A stretch of 63,841 bases of DNA, counting the filler, from Octopus bimaculoides (lineage: Eukaryota): assembly GCF_001194135.2 (NCBI RefSeq). It is 5 parts of 4 records of this genome, joined end to end, with 100 filler letters (N's around TTAATTAATTAA, not from the genome) between each part and the next. Parts side by side here need not be neighbours in the genome. Positions count along the whole stretch, not along the records: positions 61,312 to 63,841 come from NC_069006.1; 4 more parts are not named here. One strand, given 5' to 3'. Both the position numbers and the translations under genes were made by a program. The notes beneath the pieces were generated by a model that was given only the letters and a program-made list of their open reading frames with translations, had not been told where the DNA came from and did no database searches. Positions 63,036 to 63,841 of the stretch are shown here, piece by piece (position 1 is the first letter of the stretch; each line of letters starts with the position of its first letter).

Positions 63036-63841
63036 TATTTATATATACTAACATACACAAAAATAATCAGAGATATATCACGTTAGTCAGATATTATACA
63101 TATGTGCGTGTGTGTGTGCACATACATACATACATACATACATAATGGAACTCAACTGACGAAAGAAAATTCCGAATGACCCGCCCTTTTTTTCTTGTCC
63201 CTTTTTCTATCATCTAACTGTCTGGATGTCTTCTTGTCGCCTGTTGCGTTCTTGTACCATTTTTTGTATTCGTTTATATATACACACATACATGCATACA
63301 TACACGCATTCACTCAGACACAACAGACACGTGCATGTATGTATATATATGTATGTATATCCAAAACTCTTTTGAAAACTTTATTCCAGCTATTCTGTCT
63401 GGGTTTGAGTGTGAGAATTTGCTTGTGTACCCGCGAGTATGCACACCTACACAAACAAATATACCACTACATACATGATATATACATATATACATACATG
63501 CATACATACATATATACATGCGTACATATTTATCTATCTATATATATATGTATATATATATACATTTATATATACAACAAACACGAAAGCTAACGATGTC
63601 CTAAAGACCTAATAATAGTTATGTATGTGTTTTTTCGTGTTTTGTTCGAAAGGTAACCACTCCTGAAGAAGTGCCAAACGTCTAAATCCAATGGACCAGT
63701 CACTGGATAAGTTTAGCATAGAAATGTTAACATAGAGTGGTGAATAAATCGATATATCGAATTTGAAGTCTCTGTCTCTTTTGAATATGAAAATTTAAAA
63801 GTTTAAAAATCTTATGATATATATATATATATATATATATA

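Noticed and set aside
63655-63690. CTGAAGA..AAACGTC hammerhead-like words
   Set aside because: G12 is missing, there is no stem II and stem I does not pair.

Overview
AT-rich, microsatellite- and repeat-dense animal genomic DNA. The repeat landscape resembles an octopod cephalopod, which is my inference from sequence style and was not checked against a database. Four identical 100-bp spacers (44 N + TTAATTAATTAA + 44 N) split the window into five artificially joined segments: 1-9162, 9263-40086, 40187-58046, 58147-61211 and 61312-63841. The only confidently identified host gene is the 3' part of an IRAK4-like kinase (5 exons, + strand, 1-5797), followed by a CpG-rich TTCG/TACG/TTCA higher-order satellite. 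A plausible orphan gene lies on the minus strand (exons 47442-47343 and 41488-41222). The rest is mostly decayed transposons: two Penelope-like (PLE) fragments, CR1-like, RTE-like and R4-like LINE pieces, three Tc1/mariner elements, a Helitron RepHel fragment and several SINE families. The most interesting signal is three insertions from two unrelated sequence families (3302-3561, 28006-28405, 33934-34152). All three share one architecture: TSD + ~57-62-nt one-sided tail + long fold-back palindrome + TSD. Both families also carry hammerhead-ribozyme-like motifs with a swapped G3-C8 core, which points to PLE-type retrotransposition with fold-back.
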